Shown in pieces: positions 1-10,759 of a DNA stretch of 28,987 nt. A model generated the notes under the pieces. That model was not told the DNA's origin. It made no database searches and saw nothing but the letters and a program-made list of their open reading frames with translations. The stretch's first letter is position 1, and each line of letters starts with the position of its first letter. A program made the position numbers and the translations under genes. The stretch is from Anthoceros angustus (Eukaryota > Plantae > Anthocerotophyta), in the NCBI GenBank assembly GCA_010909165.1, contig VJWM01000372.1:1-28987 (forward strand), read 5' to 3'.

Positions 1-96
1 CTTTTCACTCTGGGAGCCTTTTCCTTCACGTCCGAGCTTGTCGATCGTGCATCTGGGGCGTTTAGGCGAGATTTTTTCCTCATACGCTTTGGGCGA

Positions 97-273
97 TTAA
101 GACCCGGCCGGTGCCGTTGAGCCCACCACAATGTTCAAGAAGCCCATGGCCTTTATTATCTCGATCGATTCCGCCATGGGAATCTTCATATCCACACGCA
201 GCCGGCACATACCGTTAGGCAGGGGAACTACGGTGCAGAGCTTCGGCTTGGGGAGCTGGACGATCTTCGCCAT
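97..273 (-). CDS. Small hypothetical protein (MAKIVQLPKPKLCTVVPLPNGMCRLRVDMKIP...)
   Basis: ATG at 273, open to the stop at 97. Last of a run of small minus-strand ORFs. No family recognised. Confidence 0.4.
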   Translation of the reverse strand: MAKIVQLPKPKLCTVVPLPNGMCRLRVDMKIPMAESIEIIKAMGFLNIVVGSTAPAGS

Positions 274-340
274 GCGTTTTCTCGATCCTAGAAGCCCCTG
301 AACGCCCGGGGCGAATAACCCCCGACGGGCAGGCCAGCGA

Positions 341-580
341 TCAAAAACGGCTCGTTTCTTCGCTGCGCCGTCCAATTCCATTGAGACCCAGGACAATTGC
401 TTGCCCGGCCACTACGTCTGCCAAAAAGCGATCAGATGCTTCGAGCAGAGGAAATGTCCCGCGCAAATGAATGATTGCGTCGGACGTGGTCACCATCTGC
501 CTGCCATCGCGCCTCAGGTAGGTCCAAACGGCCTCCCTGATTTCGGTCGCCAATGGCCTGTGATCGAATGCTATGTTCAT
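341..580 (-). CDS. Small hypothetical protein (MNIAFDHRPLATEIREAVWTYLRRDG...)
   Basis: GAGGAA RBS just upstream of the ATG at 580. Protein-like composition. The 3' end may be frameshifted. Confidence 0.5.
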   Translation of the reverse strand: MNIAFDHRPLATEIREAVWTYLRRDGRQMVTTSDAIIHLRGTFPLLEASDRFLADVVAGQAIVLGLNGIGRRSEETSRF

Positions 581-617
581 GTTGTTTTCCTCGTTGTGTG
601 CAGGGGTACTTGGCGAC

Positions 618-794
618 TCACCTGAGCCGATTGTCCTCGACCTGCCGTCGCATGCGTCGGCGCGTTCCGTCAGTGTCCGCCAACCGCCGCCGCTCAGCCA
701 AGGCTTCGGCCGCCTTTTGGTCTCTGGCAAGATCTGACGCTTGCAGTGTCGGCCGAGCCTGAACAGGCGGGCGCGGTTTGAAGATATCGATCAT
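618..794 (-). CDS. Small basic hypothetical protein (MIDIFKPRPPVQARP...)
   Basis: AGGAG RBS before the ATG at 794, directly downstream of rpsU. Confidence 0.4.
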   Translation of the reverse strand: MIDIFKPRPPVQARPTLQASDLARDQKAAEALAERRRLADTDGTRRRMRRQVEDNRLR

Positions 795-862
795 TGGGCG
801 CTCCTGTTCGCTGGGCCGCCTGCCCGCTAGATAAGGGAGCCGCGGGGCGTCTCGTCGTGGAT

Positions 863-1079
863 TCATTTTGGGAGGTGCCGGGGAAGACCGTCCCGCTGCG
901 CCTGCTTCCGGGCCGCTTTGCGAGCGCGTCTTACGGCTTCCGCCTTTCTCTGACGCGCCTCCGAAGGCTTCTCGTAAGCGCGACGGGCCTTCAGTTCGCG
1001 AATGATCCTCACGCTGCATCTTCTTCTTGAGCACGCGCATCGCCTGCTCGATGTTGTTGTCTCTAACGAGAACCTGCAT
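863..1079 (-). CDS. rpsU: 30S ribosomal protein S21 (bS21), probably a paralogous copy; frameshifted as read
   Basis: [24 protein letters not shown] in one frame joins [41 protein letters not shown] in another, which is the alphaproteobacterial bS21 signature. AAGGA RBS. The true stop may lie nearer 827. Confidence 0.92.
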
Positions 1080-1126
1080 CTCAATCCTTCGCTCGGGAGC
1101 TTTCCCGTGTTGCAAATTTGGTTCGT

Positions 1127-1392
1127 CTAGCGGCCCGTCGAACCAGGCTTGCTGTGACTAGAGAGCGGCTCTGCCGCAGGTACGATCTCCAGCTCCTTGG
1201 CAGTCGCTTCGATCATTTCCTCGGTGACCACTCGTTCGTGGCGTTCATCGTCACACCGAATGCGGTATTGAGGCGATCGATCTTTGACGGCATCTTGCCA
1301 GTTATGATGAAGATCATGCCGCGTGTTCTGAATGCGCCTAAGCGGTCAGGCATTCGCACAGCCTGTCCGACCGAAAAGCGATGCTCGCGCAT
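1127..1392 (-). CDS. Small rhizobial protein resembling the ORF found between cspA and rpsU in rhizobial cold-shock operons
   Basis: Rebuilt across one frameshift: MREHRFSVGQAVRMPDRLGAFRTRGMIFIITGKMP..KDRSPQYRIRCDDERHERVVTEEMIE. Immediately upstream of rpsU and absent from the ORF track. Family assignment is from memory. Confidence 0.55.
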
Positions 1393-1891
1393 ATCTGGTT
1401 TTCAGTTCGATGTGATTAGGCCCGCGCCTACAAACAAGACGCAGCCGTCATCGCAAATCTGGAAGGGATGGCGGGTCGAAGTCTCTGACACCGCAGCGAG
1501 CCAAATCGGCCCAAAAATTACGATACTTGGACGGTATCAGCGGTGCGTTGGGAACAAGGCCGACACTTCGATCGTCGCAGGATCGACCAGCCGAGCGAGC
1601 TTGCGCCGGCCGATGAGCGGGCGTTGTAAGGGCTCTCAGGCATCCGACGGTTGGGGGTACATGGCCGGGGAACAATCGTCGGCGCAACTATCTGAGCCAC
1701 GATCAGGTCACGGCTCCAATAAACAATGTTAAGCCGACCCTACCGTGATCACGGAATATCGCTTGCACTCGCGTGGTGCCCTAATGATGGCAACCGCAGG
1801 GTTAAACCCCAAGCCCCCGCCCAATCCTGCGGTGAAACTGGCCGGCGCCACGGGATGTCCCGAACAAGCTTCTTCCTTGGCGCCGGTCATT

Positions 1892-2245
1892 TCATGCCGG
1901 CGGCTTGCCTCGCTCGGCCAGGATAATCTGGTCCATGCGCTCGTGCACACCGGAAACGCTGCCCTTGATTTCCCGCACGCCGGTCATGATCTCGTCGCGC
2001 ACTTCCCGAAGGCCGGTTTTGGTCGTGTAGGTCTCGGCAACGTGTGTCCTATAGTCGGCGAGCTGGACGGCAAGAAGATGTAACGCCCGCCAGCCGCTTC
2101 AGCCTTCAGCGCAGCGGCATCGGCGACTTTAGTTGCGGAAGCTTCCGCTGCCTTGATCTTGGCCTCGATATAGCGCCAGAACGCCAGCGCGCCGACCGCG
2201 ATGGCAACTGGCGAACAGCGTCAGGACTTGCGCTTCGACACTCAT
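1892..2245 (-). CDS. Phage lysis-cassette membrane-anchored coiled-coil protein
   Basis: Rebuilt: MSVEAQVLTLF..VAIAVGALAFWRYIEAKIKAAEASATKVADAAALKAEAA...LADYRTHVAETYTTKTGLREVRDEIMTGVREIKGSVSGVHERMDQIILAERGKPPA*. One N-terminal TM segment. ATGA overlap with the upstream gene. Confidence 0.6.
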
Positions 2246-2738
2246 CTGAACAGTGGCTTCTTGGCGACAAAACGCGAGTACCAAGGCGTGATCAGGCCCG
2301 CGATGATCGTCAGGTGCGGAACGATGTCAGCCTGGAAATCTTGCGGGATGTTGTCCAGAGCGAAGCCGAGCAGGATGTACCCCTCGCCGAGGAGGCCGAG
2401 GATCGAAAAGATAAGGTTCCGGCTCTGCCAGTGCGGCTCGGCATCGTTCCTATGTTCGGCTTGCGCCTGCGCTTCCCTGATCACCTCGCGCTCTACCTCG
2501 CCGGCGACGATCGGCGCTGCCTTTTCACGTCGGCCGTGTCGGTATTGGTGTCGGGACGGCGTGCAACCTTGTCCAGCCCCTTCTTTACGGCCGACTGGAT
2601 TAGGTCGCCGCCCTTGTTGACCAGGACGCCGGTGTCGGTCTCCTACAACGGGGATTGACGTTGATCAGCAGGCCGGTGGCGACGATCACCGCCGCACCGA
2701 GCACCGAAAACGAAGATGAAGAGAAGCGCGGTGCGCAT
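2242..2738 (-). CDS. Holin-like membrane protein
   Basis: Hydrophobic N-terminus (MRTALLFIFVF...AAVIVATGLLINV) and C-terminal TM segments (LIFSILGLLGEGYILLGFAL; IVPHLTIIAGLITPW) ending in a basic tail. Starts immediately after the endolysin stop. Confidence 0.55.
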
Positions 2739-2739
2739 G

Positions 2740-3645
2740 TCAGCGCCTCCCGAAGATCAGGGACCGGAACCATGCCCACCAGCCCTGCGGCTCAGGAATG
2801 AGCGTAGGCGCCGGCTGAGGCTCATCGGCAGGCTCCGGCGAGGCCGGAGGTTCGGGAGCCGCCTCGCCGGCCGCTGGTGCATTCAGCGCCGCAAGTGGCC
2901 GAGCCCGCGATGCCGTCGACCACCAGCCCCTGCGCCTTCTGAAAGGCTTCGATAGCCTTGATGGTCTGCGGGCCACAAACGCCGTCGATATCGACCTTGA
3001 AAACCGTACGCGACGAGGCGCTGCTGAAGCGTGATCACCGTCGGATCAGCAGACTGGCGAACGACGGCAGCGCCGGTCTTCCAGCGCTTGTAGGCGGCTG
3101 CCATTTTGGTGTCGTAGGCGTTCTTGCGGAAGGCCCGGCCATTGTAGCCCTTGGCGAACGCTTCCCAATCCTTCGCCCGCAGCACGGCCAGGCCAGCCTT
3201 GTTGATGAACTTTGCCATAAGCTCGATTTGCCCGGCCGCGCCGCCGGCAGAGGTTCACCAGCTCAGTGACGGGCCGAAGCCCAGCCATTCCAATGCGCGC
3301 CGCGACCTGGCCGAGGCCCCAGGACACGGACTCGAATGCGGCCTGCGCGTTGATTTCGACAGCACGCGCCAGAAGACGCCAGCGTGCCGCCTGAGACGAG
3401 GATTAGCGACGGCGCCGGCCGTCGGCTGGCGAGTCCGGCAGCGCGCGCCTTCTCCGCTCTTCTCCGGAAAGCCGCCGATCGAAGTAATGCCCCTCGAAAC
3501 GGATCAGTGGCTCGTTCTGGCCGTCGACAACGGCGAAGACCTTGCCGCCACTCTCGACTTCGGCCACCGCCAGCAGAGCGGCGGGTTCTTGGTTTTCGCG
3601 CGCAGCAATGGCTTCGACCGCACGCACGGTCGCGTCGTCAAACAT
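2740..3645 (-). CDS. Phage endolysin: N-acetylmuramidase (DUF3380/Muramidase family) with C-terminal peptidoglycan-binding domain; frameshifted as read
   Basis: Muramidase motifs AALLAVAEVESGG, PLIRFEGHYF, SWGLGQV and DWEAFAKGYNG..NAYDTKMAAAY. LQQRLVAYGF..DIDGVCGPQTIKAIEAFQKAQGLVVDGIAG is PG_binding_1-like. AAAGGA RBS. Confidence 0.88.
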
Positions 3646-3713
3646 GTCGTAGTCCTTTGAGACGTTGATGGGATGGTGTTAGAGAGGCCGGAGGAAGATC
3701 GAAGTCGGGCGGG

Positions 3714-4773
3714 ATGACTTACCTATCCATCCAGGGATTACGCGGCGTCGCGGCCATGCTGGTCGTGATGCATCACTACAACCAGATTTTCGGGCCGCTC
3801 TCGGAACATGGCCGGGCCGAAAAGCCGTGGCTTCTTACCCTCGGCAATCTTAGCTTCTTCGGCGGATCGGCGTGTCGCTGTTCTTTGTGATCAGCGGATT
3901 TGTCATCGCCAACCAGGCTTTGAAGGAGCGGCCCGACACCTTGTCCGTTTATCTGGCGAAGCGCGTGTCGCGGGTTGTTCCATTCTATTGGCTCGTCACG
4001 CTTCTATTCGCCTGGGCGCAAGGTATGTCGTTTAACGACCAGTCTTCAGGTCCTTGCTTTTCATCGCCCATGCACCGGGCGAGGCCCTGTCATCGCACCG
4101 GGATGGACCCTCGAATATGAGATGCTGTTCTATCTGACGTTCGGCGTGTTCGTGATGTCGGGGTTCATATCGCGTGCAGCCAGGATGCTCGCGTTAGCGC
4201 GCTATTTGTGAGCATGGTTGTTGCCGGTCAGACCACCGGCAGCGCCACGTTTTCACGATTGGGGACCCGGTCCTTTGGAGTTTGTCGCCGGCGCGTCGCC
4301 ACTCTCATCAGATCGAAGAACGTCCGCCGCTTCGGCTGGCTTTATGTGATCCTTGGTTGAGCTTCGCCTTCACAACCATTGTGTACGCCGGCAGTTGGCC
4401 GTTGATCAGGACGCTATGGGGAATGGCCAGCTTCACACTCGTCCTTGGCCTCGTTTGCCTTGAGGCGCGCGGGCGAACGATCATGCGCCAACGGACATTC
4501 CAACTGATAGGCGATGCATCCTATTCCATTTACCTAGTTCATATGCCGCTCTTGCTGGTGATCCTTTCCCCACCGATTTGGCACTATGACCTCGCGGGCA
4601 TGGTAGACCCTCACATTGGCTTGGTCATTTTGATTGTGGTCGGCGCGCTCTTCGGCGTCGCCTACTATCTCCTAGAGCGGCCCGTTTGGCTTGGAAGTCG
4701 TAGGCTGCTGCTCTCTGTAATCTCTCGGCGTTCTGCCCATCGAGTGCCAGTAGTGTGGAGGCGAGATGTTTGA
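3714..4773 (+). CDS. Acyltransferase family 3 (OafA/ExoZ-like membrane O-acyltransferase); frameshifted as read
   Basis: SIQGLRGVAAMLVVMHH, GVSLFFVISGFVI, KRVSRVVPFYW, GWTLEYEMLFY and IGDASYSIYLVH are canonical Acyl_transf_3 motifs. Confidence 0.88.
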
Positions 4774-4964
4774 ACGTCTCTGCCTACGAGCCGCGCAGAG
4801 CATCGCGTCTGGCACGAGTACTCGGCCGGCGTCGTGCGATGTATCGACGGCAATATGGCGAACGGCGAGTTCGAGCCTGTGGCGGCGCTGGAATGACGGC
4901 CGCTGGGAATACCGTTGTGACGAACGGGAGAATGTCGAAGATTGGGCCGAGCGCCAATTGCTGA
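4766..4964 (+). CDS. Small Trp-rich hypothetical protein
   Basis: GGAGG RBS before the ATG at 4766, which overlaps the acyltransferase stop. Contains LWRRWNDGRWEYR...EDWAERQ. Probably frameshifted. Confidence 0.4.
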
Positions 4965-4967
4965 CAA

Positions 4968-6610
4968 CTAGAGTCCGGCCGCCGTCAGCCTGGCCTCGTG
5001 ATCCTTGATCTTGCCCCACATCACGTTGCAGACGATTGCCAGCATTTCCATCGCCAGCCATTTCCGCGAAAACTGTTCGCCTATCGACAGGTCATTGTGC
5101 ACCCAATCCACCTGAGTAGGCATGCCTGGCAGTGCCTCGTCGGCTTGCATCTTGGCGAAATACTGCTCGGGTCGCGCGGATCAAAACCGCCTTCGATCAT
5201 GGCTTTGAAGACACGGGCCGTGCGGTGCTCGCGGACGATGACAGTCTCGGGAGTGATGACCTCTTCCGTCACCGGAACGGCATCGACGCCGTTCCCTTCT
5301 TCGTCCACACCGGCTCCAGCTCGGGTAAATTCACCACCTCGATGCTTGCCTGTCTCCGCTGCACCAAAGCCCCGTCGTCGCCGCGCTCGACCGTGACGCG
5401 CTCTACCGGCATCGCTACCTCTATCGTCAGCAGAACGGTCTCGCGCTGCTCCGGCACGATCTGGTTGGGGACCAGCGCATCCCACTTGTCCAGATCGACA
5501 GTGCCGTCGTCAATGAACTCCTTCGCCATCGCCATGCAGGTCAGCAAGGTATTGTCATCATAGACCGCGCCGAAATTGATCGTGTTGTTGCCCTTGTCAC
5601 CGCCCGTCGCCGACGGATGGAACAGGCCCGCCCGATACGCAGGCGCTGGGCTGTTGCAGTGCTTCGGCTGGTCGAAAACTGAATGTAGGCATCTATGGTG
5701 CCTGACGCGATGGCGTCGGCAGCGGCTCCGAAGCTTGCGCCATTGCGCAGCACGTTCGCCGAGTCCGCGCCTTGCCACACAAAATCACCGAGAGAATCGT
5801 TGACCTGCGCGGCGGCGTTCGCTCGCGTCTTCTGAAATTAACAAAGCCCGCAGTGGCTCCGTTGTAGTCTGACCTAATCTGCATCTGCGGAAAGAATTGG
5901 GACGAGTTCTGCAGCGTGATGAATTGCCCAGAAAACGTTAGCGATTGATTGAGCATTGGAACCGTAGCGCCGCTAGTGCCGGTATCGGCCGACGCGGCGC
6001 ACCTAGAACAGCTGTGTGCTCTTTCAGCAATTTGCGTACCGTCGAACAGGGCGGGACGGTTGGCTGTCGACGAGGCCGGTCCCACTACGTCGCCAGGCCC
6101 GGTAGAACCTGTTGCGCCTACCGGTCCCGTCGGACCAACGGCGCCGCTTGGACCAGTAGCTCCAGTGGCGCCTATTCCCCTGGTCCGATCGGACCCGTAG
6201 ATCCGGTTGCGCCGGCAGCGCCTGTCACTCCTGTCGGACCCGTTGCACCGGTAGCTCCAGTCGGTCCAGTCGCCCCGAGGGGACCGGATGGCCCAGTGGT
6301 CCTCGCTCCGTTGCGCCCTCGGGTCCGGATGGACCGGTGGGGCCGGTTGCGCCTGGAGAGCCAGCGCCTCCTCCGCCGATGACTAGGCCGGGAGCAAGTG
6401 AATCCTGCGTGACGATACCGTTTTGAGCTTGCCGTCGGAACGACGAACGTCTTTGAGCGCGTCGATAGTGTCATCGGACGCGCGCTTCAGTTCGCTGAGA
6501 TCGGCCTGGAGCTGAGAGCCCGGAAACGAGTTATCTCCGAGTTCCTGCTGGAAGGAAACGTACGAATAGTCGAGTTGGGATTTTGGGGATCCGACATCGG
6601 AAGCAGCCAA
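4968..6610 (-). CDS. Phage tail fibre-like protein with collagen (Gly-X-Y) repeats; frameshifted as read
   Basis: N-terminus [25 protein letters not shown]...VRRSDGKLK, then GPTGATG repeats and the [20 protein letters not shown] motif seen in phage fibres. A beta-rich middle follows, and the C-terminus [14 protein letters not shown] resembles a fibre chaperone coil. Confidence 0.75.
6092..6365 (-). repeat. Collagen-like Gly-X-Y coding repeat (about 30 triplets)
   Basis: [38 protein letters not shown]...[27 protein letters not shown], a degenerate 9-nt period. Confidence 0.9.
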
Positions 6611-6965
6611 ACGCGCGATTGCACCTAGTCGGAGAGTTCCGACGGTTCGCGCGGCTGCTCGAGTTCCGCAGGTTTACCAGCGGAGGAACTATATAAGAAA
6701 GCGGATCGGCATGCTGGCCCGATATGAAAATATTCCTCGGGCGGGATGCTTGCCTTCCGCCTTGACCTTAGCTCCGCTCTTCCGCCCCAGGCCCATTTCT
6801 TCGCGAGTTCCACCGGGTCGCCGCGTAGTTTGGCCGCCGGCATCCTTGTCGGACTCTTCTCTGGCGCAAGCCGCCGGATCCGGCGTCGGGTGGTGCCACG
6901 CCAAAACGAAGTCGGCGTGGTCAGCGCAGGAAGCCCAGTCACGTCTCAAATGGTCGTGTAATCTT

Positions 6966-7764
6966 TCACAGCCCAGCTTCCACGTTGTAGATACCCGCCG
7001 TGCATCAGGGATTCATCTGACGCCAAAAGAGAACTAAGCGCGCGACGTGAATGGGTTGAACCGGGTCTGGAAGGCATTGGCGCTGCAAGTGGTGCTTTAG
7101 GGCGTCACCCATAGCTGCTTCTGTCGTTCTGTCGCCAGCCAGGGACGACCGTGTTTACGGATACGGTGCTTGCCCAGTTCCCGCGCGAAGGAACGTGTCA
7201 GCCCATGAACGGCAGCCTTCGCTGCAGAATACACCGCGAGCCCTCTGCCACCTTCCAGCGACGTAATGGAGCCCAGATTGATGATCGATCCTTTTCCGGC
7301 TGCAATCATTCCTGGCGCGACTGACTGGATAGCGAAGAAGAAATGGCGGAGATTGGTCGCGACACGCTCGTCAAAATAGGCCGGTGTAACTTTCGTCCAA
7401 TCGTACCTGTCGTCGTCGGCTGCGTTATTGACCAGAACGGTTACGCGCCCGAACGCTCTTGCTAGGTGGTCAGCTGAGGCCTTCAGCGCATCAATGTTCT
7501 TGAGATCGCACGAAAGGAACATTGCCGAATGCCCAAGCCCTGCAATTCATCCTGTAGCCGCGCTCCACGCTCGGTCTGGACGTCAATGAAGCCAACCGTG
7601 CGCCCTGAGCTGCAAACGATCGAACAATCTCCTCCAATCCCCGACGCGCCTCCAGTCACCAACACCACTTGGTCCGTTAAGCTTGTATAGAGCGCTGGTC
7701 TTGATTTCTGAGGTGGAACTTCCCGCGCGTTTTGAGACGAATGCTCTCGATCTTGAGCAGTCAT
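6966..7764 (-). CDS. Short-chain dehydrogenase/reductase, Caulobacter XylB (xylose dehydrogenase)-like subfamily; frameshifted as read
   Basis: YTSLTDQVVLVTGGASGIG (TGxxxGIG), LVNNAADDDR, YFDERVATNLRH, YSAAKAA (YxxxK), and a C-terminus QCLPDPVQPIHVARLVLFLASDE...YNVEAGL*. Confidence 0.85.
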
Positions 7765-7807
7765 TCCGAATGCCTTTCGCCAGGACAGACGCATCGTTCT
7801 CTTCCGT

Positions 7808-9315
7808 TCAGGATTTCGGAACCTTGCCTGATAGCGCGGCGGCCGAGCAACGTTGAAACAGGGGCGGCTTTCGGTTACTCCGAGCCAGCGGCAGACGCCT
7901 CGACCGAAGTTTTACAATACGAAACGGCACCGCACCGTAACGGTCGGTCATTTGCAGATGCATCACTGTTGAAGCTACGTGAGCGACCAGAACTGGCGGT
8001 TCCTCATCCGGCCTCAGTTGTATTGGAACCTGAAATCTCAGCATCCGTTCCCGCGGTCCCCGATTTAGAACGACGGCACGCAAACGAGCCAAGTGCCTGG
8101 CTTCCGAATTAACCTCGAAATCCACCGTCTGGACGCAGCTGGAAGCGCGACCAGCATCGTTATGTCAATTGTTCCGTTCCAAGTTTGACCCGGGCGCCGA
8201 TCTGACACGGGAAGCGATTGCTTCAACACCAAGGGTCCAGCAGAGCGCTACGCGGCCAAAAACTGGAGACGGTAAGACCGTCTTCGAACGCGAACGGGCG
8301 GCGCGGCCTCGAAGAAGCCGACTCTGTTTGGCCAATGCTCGGACGATCCAGAAAGGACCTATCCTTCTTTCTTTGGTCTCATCTCACTTAGCGAGGCGAG
8401 CAACGCAAGCGGGCGACGGGCGGTGGCTTCAGCCTTTCTAGCAGCGAAGCGGGTACCGGCCGCTGGAGCCGATCGTGAACATAGCGCAAGGCCAGGGTGG
8501 CGGGAGCTTGCAGGCGGCAGTCCTTGACAAGGGTCTCGAATAGATTCCAGTCAACACCGCTGTCTATCGCAGCGGCAATATCAGCCAGCCAGTCGCTACT
8601 CTTATGGGCGTCGAGCGCACCGTGCGCGATCGCAATGGTCACGACGTCCGTCGCCGAAGGACCCACACCGGCACATATCCGAGTTTCGATGGCGAGGCGC
8701 GGTCCAGATCGCTGTCTTGTTCGCCGTTGAAGTGTAAGGCGGCCGGAAAGGTGAGTTGTGCAGATCGAGGTTTCCAAACCGACCGCGCACAAGGTTGATG
8801 CCACCGCTTTCTCCAGAAAAGTCCGGTGATAGAGAACTGTCCCAGATCCAGCGGGCTGCCAGCCTTCCGGGTGAGCAGGTCGAAAGCACGAGTCATGTCG
8901 CCGGAACGGACAACAATGTCGACGTCGTTCAACAAGCGTCCGCGCTGCTGGGTCGCTGGAGGCGATCCGGGCGGCGCCCTTGATGAGCAGCATGTCGATG
9001 GATGCCGATGCGAGCGCTCGCATTCCTTCCGGCGGCGGCGCCGATCGTGAGCTGGCTTCGCGACCAGTTCGCCCGCTCTATTCCTGCAATGCGCCCCAGC
9101 ATTGGGCTGTCAGGCGCGAAACTCGCTACGCGCAGCCAGACCGATCAATCGCATCTCGCCTGGGGTAAGATGGTCAAAATCCGCCTCGGCCTCGAATTGC
9201 CGCCAAGCTACTGCGGCGGTTGCGATGTCCTCGAGTGTTGCGGCGCGCAAAAGTCGGTCGAGCGATTGGTTCGGCCATGCCTTGCGAAAACGAAGCTGAG
9301 AAACCTGTCGCGCAT
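7808..9315 (-). CDS. Nucleotidyltransferase family protein (NTP_transf_5-like); frameshifted as read
   Basis: LASASIDMLLIKGAA, xxDVDIVV (DxD), NLDLH, IAHG...WLADIA and VDWNLF are motifs of the uncharacterised nucleotidyltransferase family. The ATG at 9315 overlaps the GT2 stop (TGATG). 7808-8125 is taken as the C-terminal extension. Confidence 0.8.
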
Positions 9316-10013
9316 CAGGAGGACGATCCCGAACTTTGCTTAACGGCCAGAGCCTTCCTGCGCTCGATGGCTTTATGAACTGCGATCAGATATCCCCTGC
9401 TGCGTTCCGCATCGAGCCCGCTGGACAGACTGCCAGCACGAATCCTCCGCATCGCCAGGATCTCCTCAACCATGCCATGTCGATGGCCGAGATCGAGGCT
9501 TCGCGCGAGCCAGTCGACCAACTCCCCGAGATAGCCGGGCAGGTCAACCATATCGCCGACCTCGCGAGCCGCATCGGTCCGAAAGACCAGGGTAGAGCGG
9601 GTCCACAGACGGCGAACCGCGCCTTGGCCCTCCGGGTCCGGCATCTCGCCATTCCGAAACAGTCTGGCCAATGTGAAAACTCCAGCCAAACCTGGATCAT
9701 CGTCTAGGGCGCGGAGCTGCCGTGCGATCTTGGTGGGAGCCAAAGATCGTCTGCATCGAGCGTGGCCACCAACGGTGTAGAGACGCTGTTGAAGCCTACC
9801 GTTGTGGCAGTGCCTGGACCTTGGTTTTTGGCTGATGACCGTAATCGGACCTGCGATCTCGGCGACGACTGACAATGTGGCGTCGGTAGAGCCGTCATCA
9901 ACGATGATGACCTCCTTCGCGCGGACCGTTTGGGCTAGGACAGACGCAACGGTGTCTTTGATCGTCAGCGCAGCATTGTACGCTGGGATAACCACTGAAT
10001 AAGCGCTGGTCAC
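9315..10013 (-). CDS. Glycosyltransferase family 2
   Basis: YSVVIPAYNAA, VIIVDDGSTD, NQGPG and ATLDADDLWLP. The GTG start at 10013 appears to overlap the previous gene's TGA. Confidence 0.88.
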   Translation of the reverse strand: MTSAYSVVIPAYNAALTIKDTVASVLAQTVRAKEVIIVDDGSTDATLSVVAEIAGPITVISQKPRSRHCHNGRLQQRLYTVGGHARCRRSLAPTKIARQLRALDDDPGLAGVFTLARLFRNGEMPDPEGQGAVRRLWTRSTLVFRTDAAREVGDMVDLPGYLGELVDWLARSLDLGHRHGMVEEILAMRRIRAGSLSSGLDAERSRGYLIAVHKAIERRKALAVKQSSGSSS

Positions 10014-10759
10014 CGCCCTTGGCCTTTTCGATTTCGTCTCGTCGCAGGAAAGGTCAGCGAACACGGAGGGAGCGCCGGCTTTCCGCTCATTCGGTTTCGG
10101 ACTGCCCATTTGAGACTGGCGAGCATGAACTCGCGTTGCATCTCCGGTACATTCAGCGTGACGTTCGATCGTGCCGGCGATAGTAAGCTGCCAAGCCATC
10201 GTCCAGCACAAGTTTGAATTCCTTTTCGACGACGCGAAGCACGAAATCTGTGTCACATCCTTGGCGAAAACTCTCGTCGAACGGGCTGACGCGTCTCACC
10301 ACTTCCGGTCGGTACATCGCCGATTGAAGATAAGGCCCACGAATTATTTTGGTCTCGCTCCCGACCTCAGGCGCGTCGCCCGACTTGTTGGCAATCGTGA
10401 ACAGCTCCATCAGACCGTATAGTGCATCGATAGTGGGATCGCTGAGGAGAAGGGATCGCTGACGCTCAATCCGCCCGGGATACGAAAGGTCATCTGCATC
10501 AAGAAAGGCGATGAACCGGCAGTCGGTTCGGACATTATCGATACCGGTGTTGCGTGCCGCAGCGATGCCCTTACGGGGTTCCGAAGTAGCCGGACCTCGT
10601 GAAAGTCCTGGGCCAGCATATTCACAATATCTCTCGTCTCATCAGTCGAGCCGTCATCGACCACAACGATGTCCAGGTTGACTGCTGCGCGCTCAGCGGG
10701 AGTGCGGCCTCGATAAAGCGGGCCGCATTGAAAGCCGGCATGATGACACTAACCGGCAT
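10010..10759 (-). CDS. Glycosyltransferase family 2; frameshifted as read
   Basis: VSVIMPAFNAARFI, VVDDGSTDET, AARNTG, FLDADD, FDESFRQGCDTDFVLR and YYRRH. Confidence 0.88.

Noticed and set aside
1118-1732. 204-aa plus-strand ORF, and a possible cspA upstream of rpsU
   Set aside because: The ORF overlaps a better-supported minus-strand gene and has no motifs. No cold-shock domain could be read on the minus strand, where cspA would be expected.
6092-6365. CRISPR array or non-coding tandem repeat
   Set aside because: The 9-nt period is explained by Gly-X-Y codons, and there is no repeat-spacer structure.
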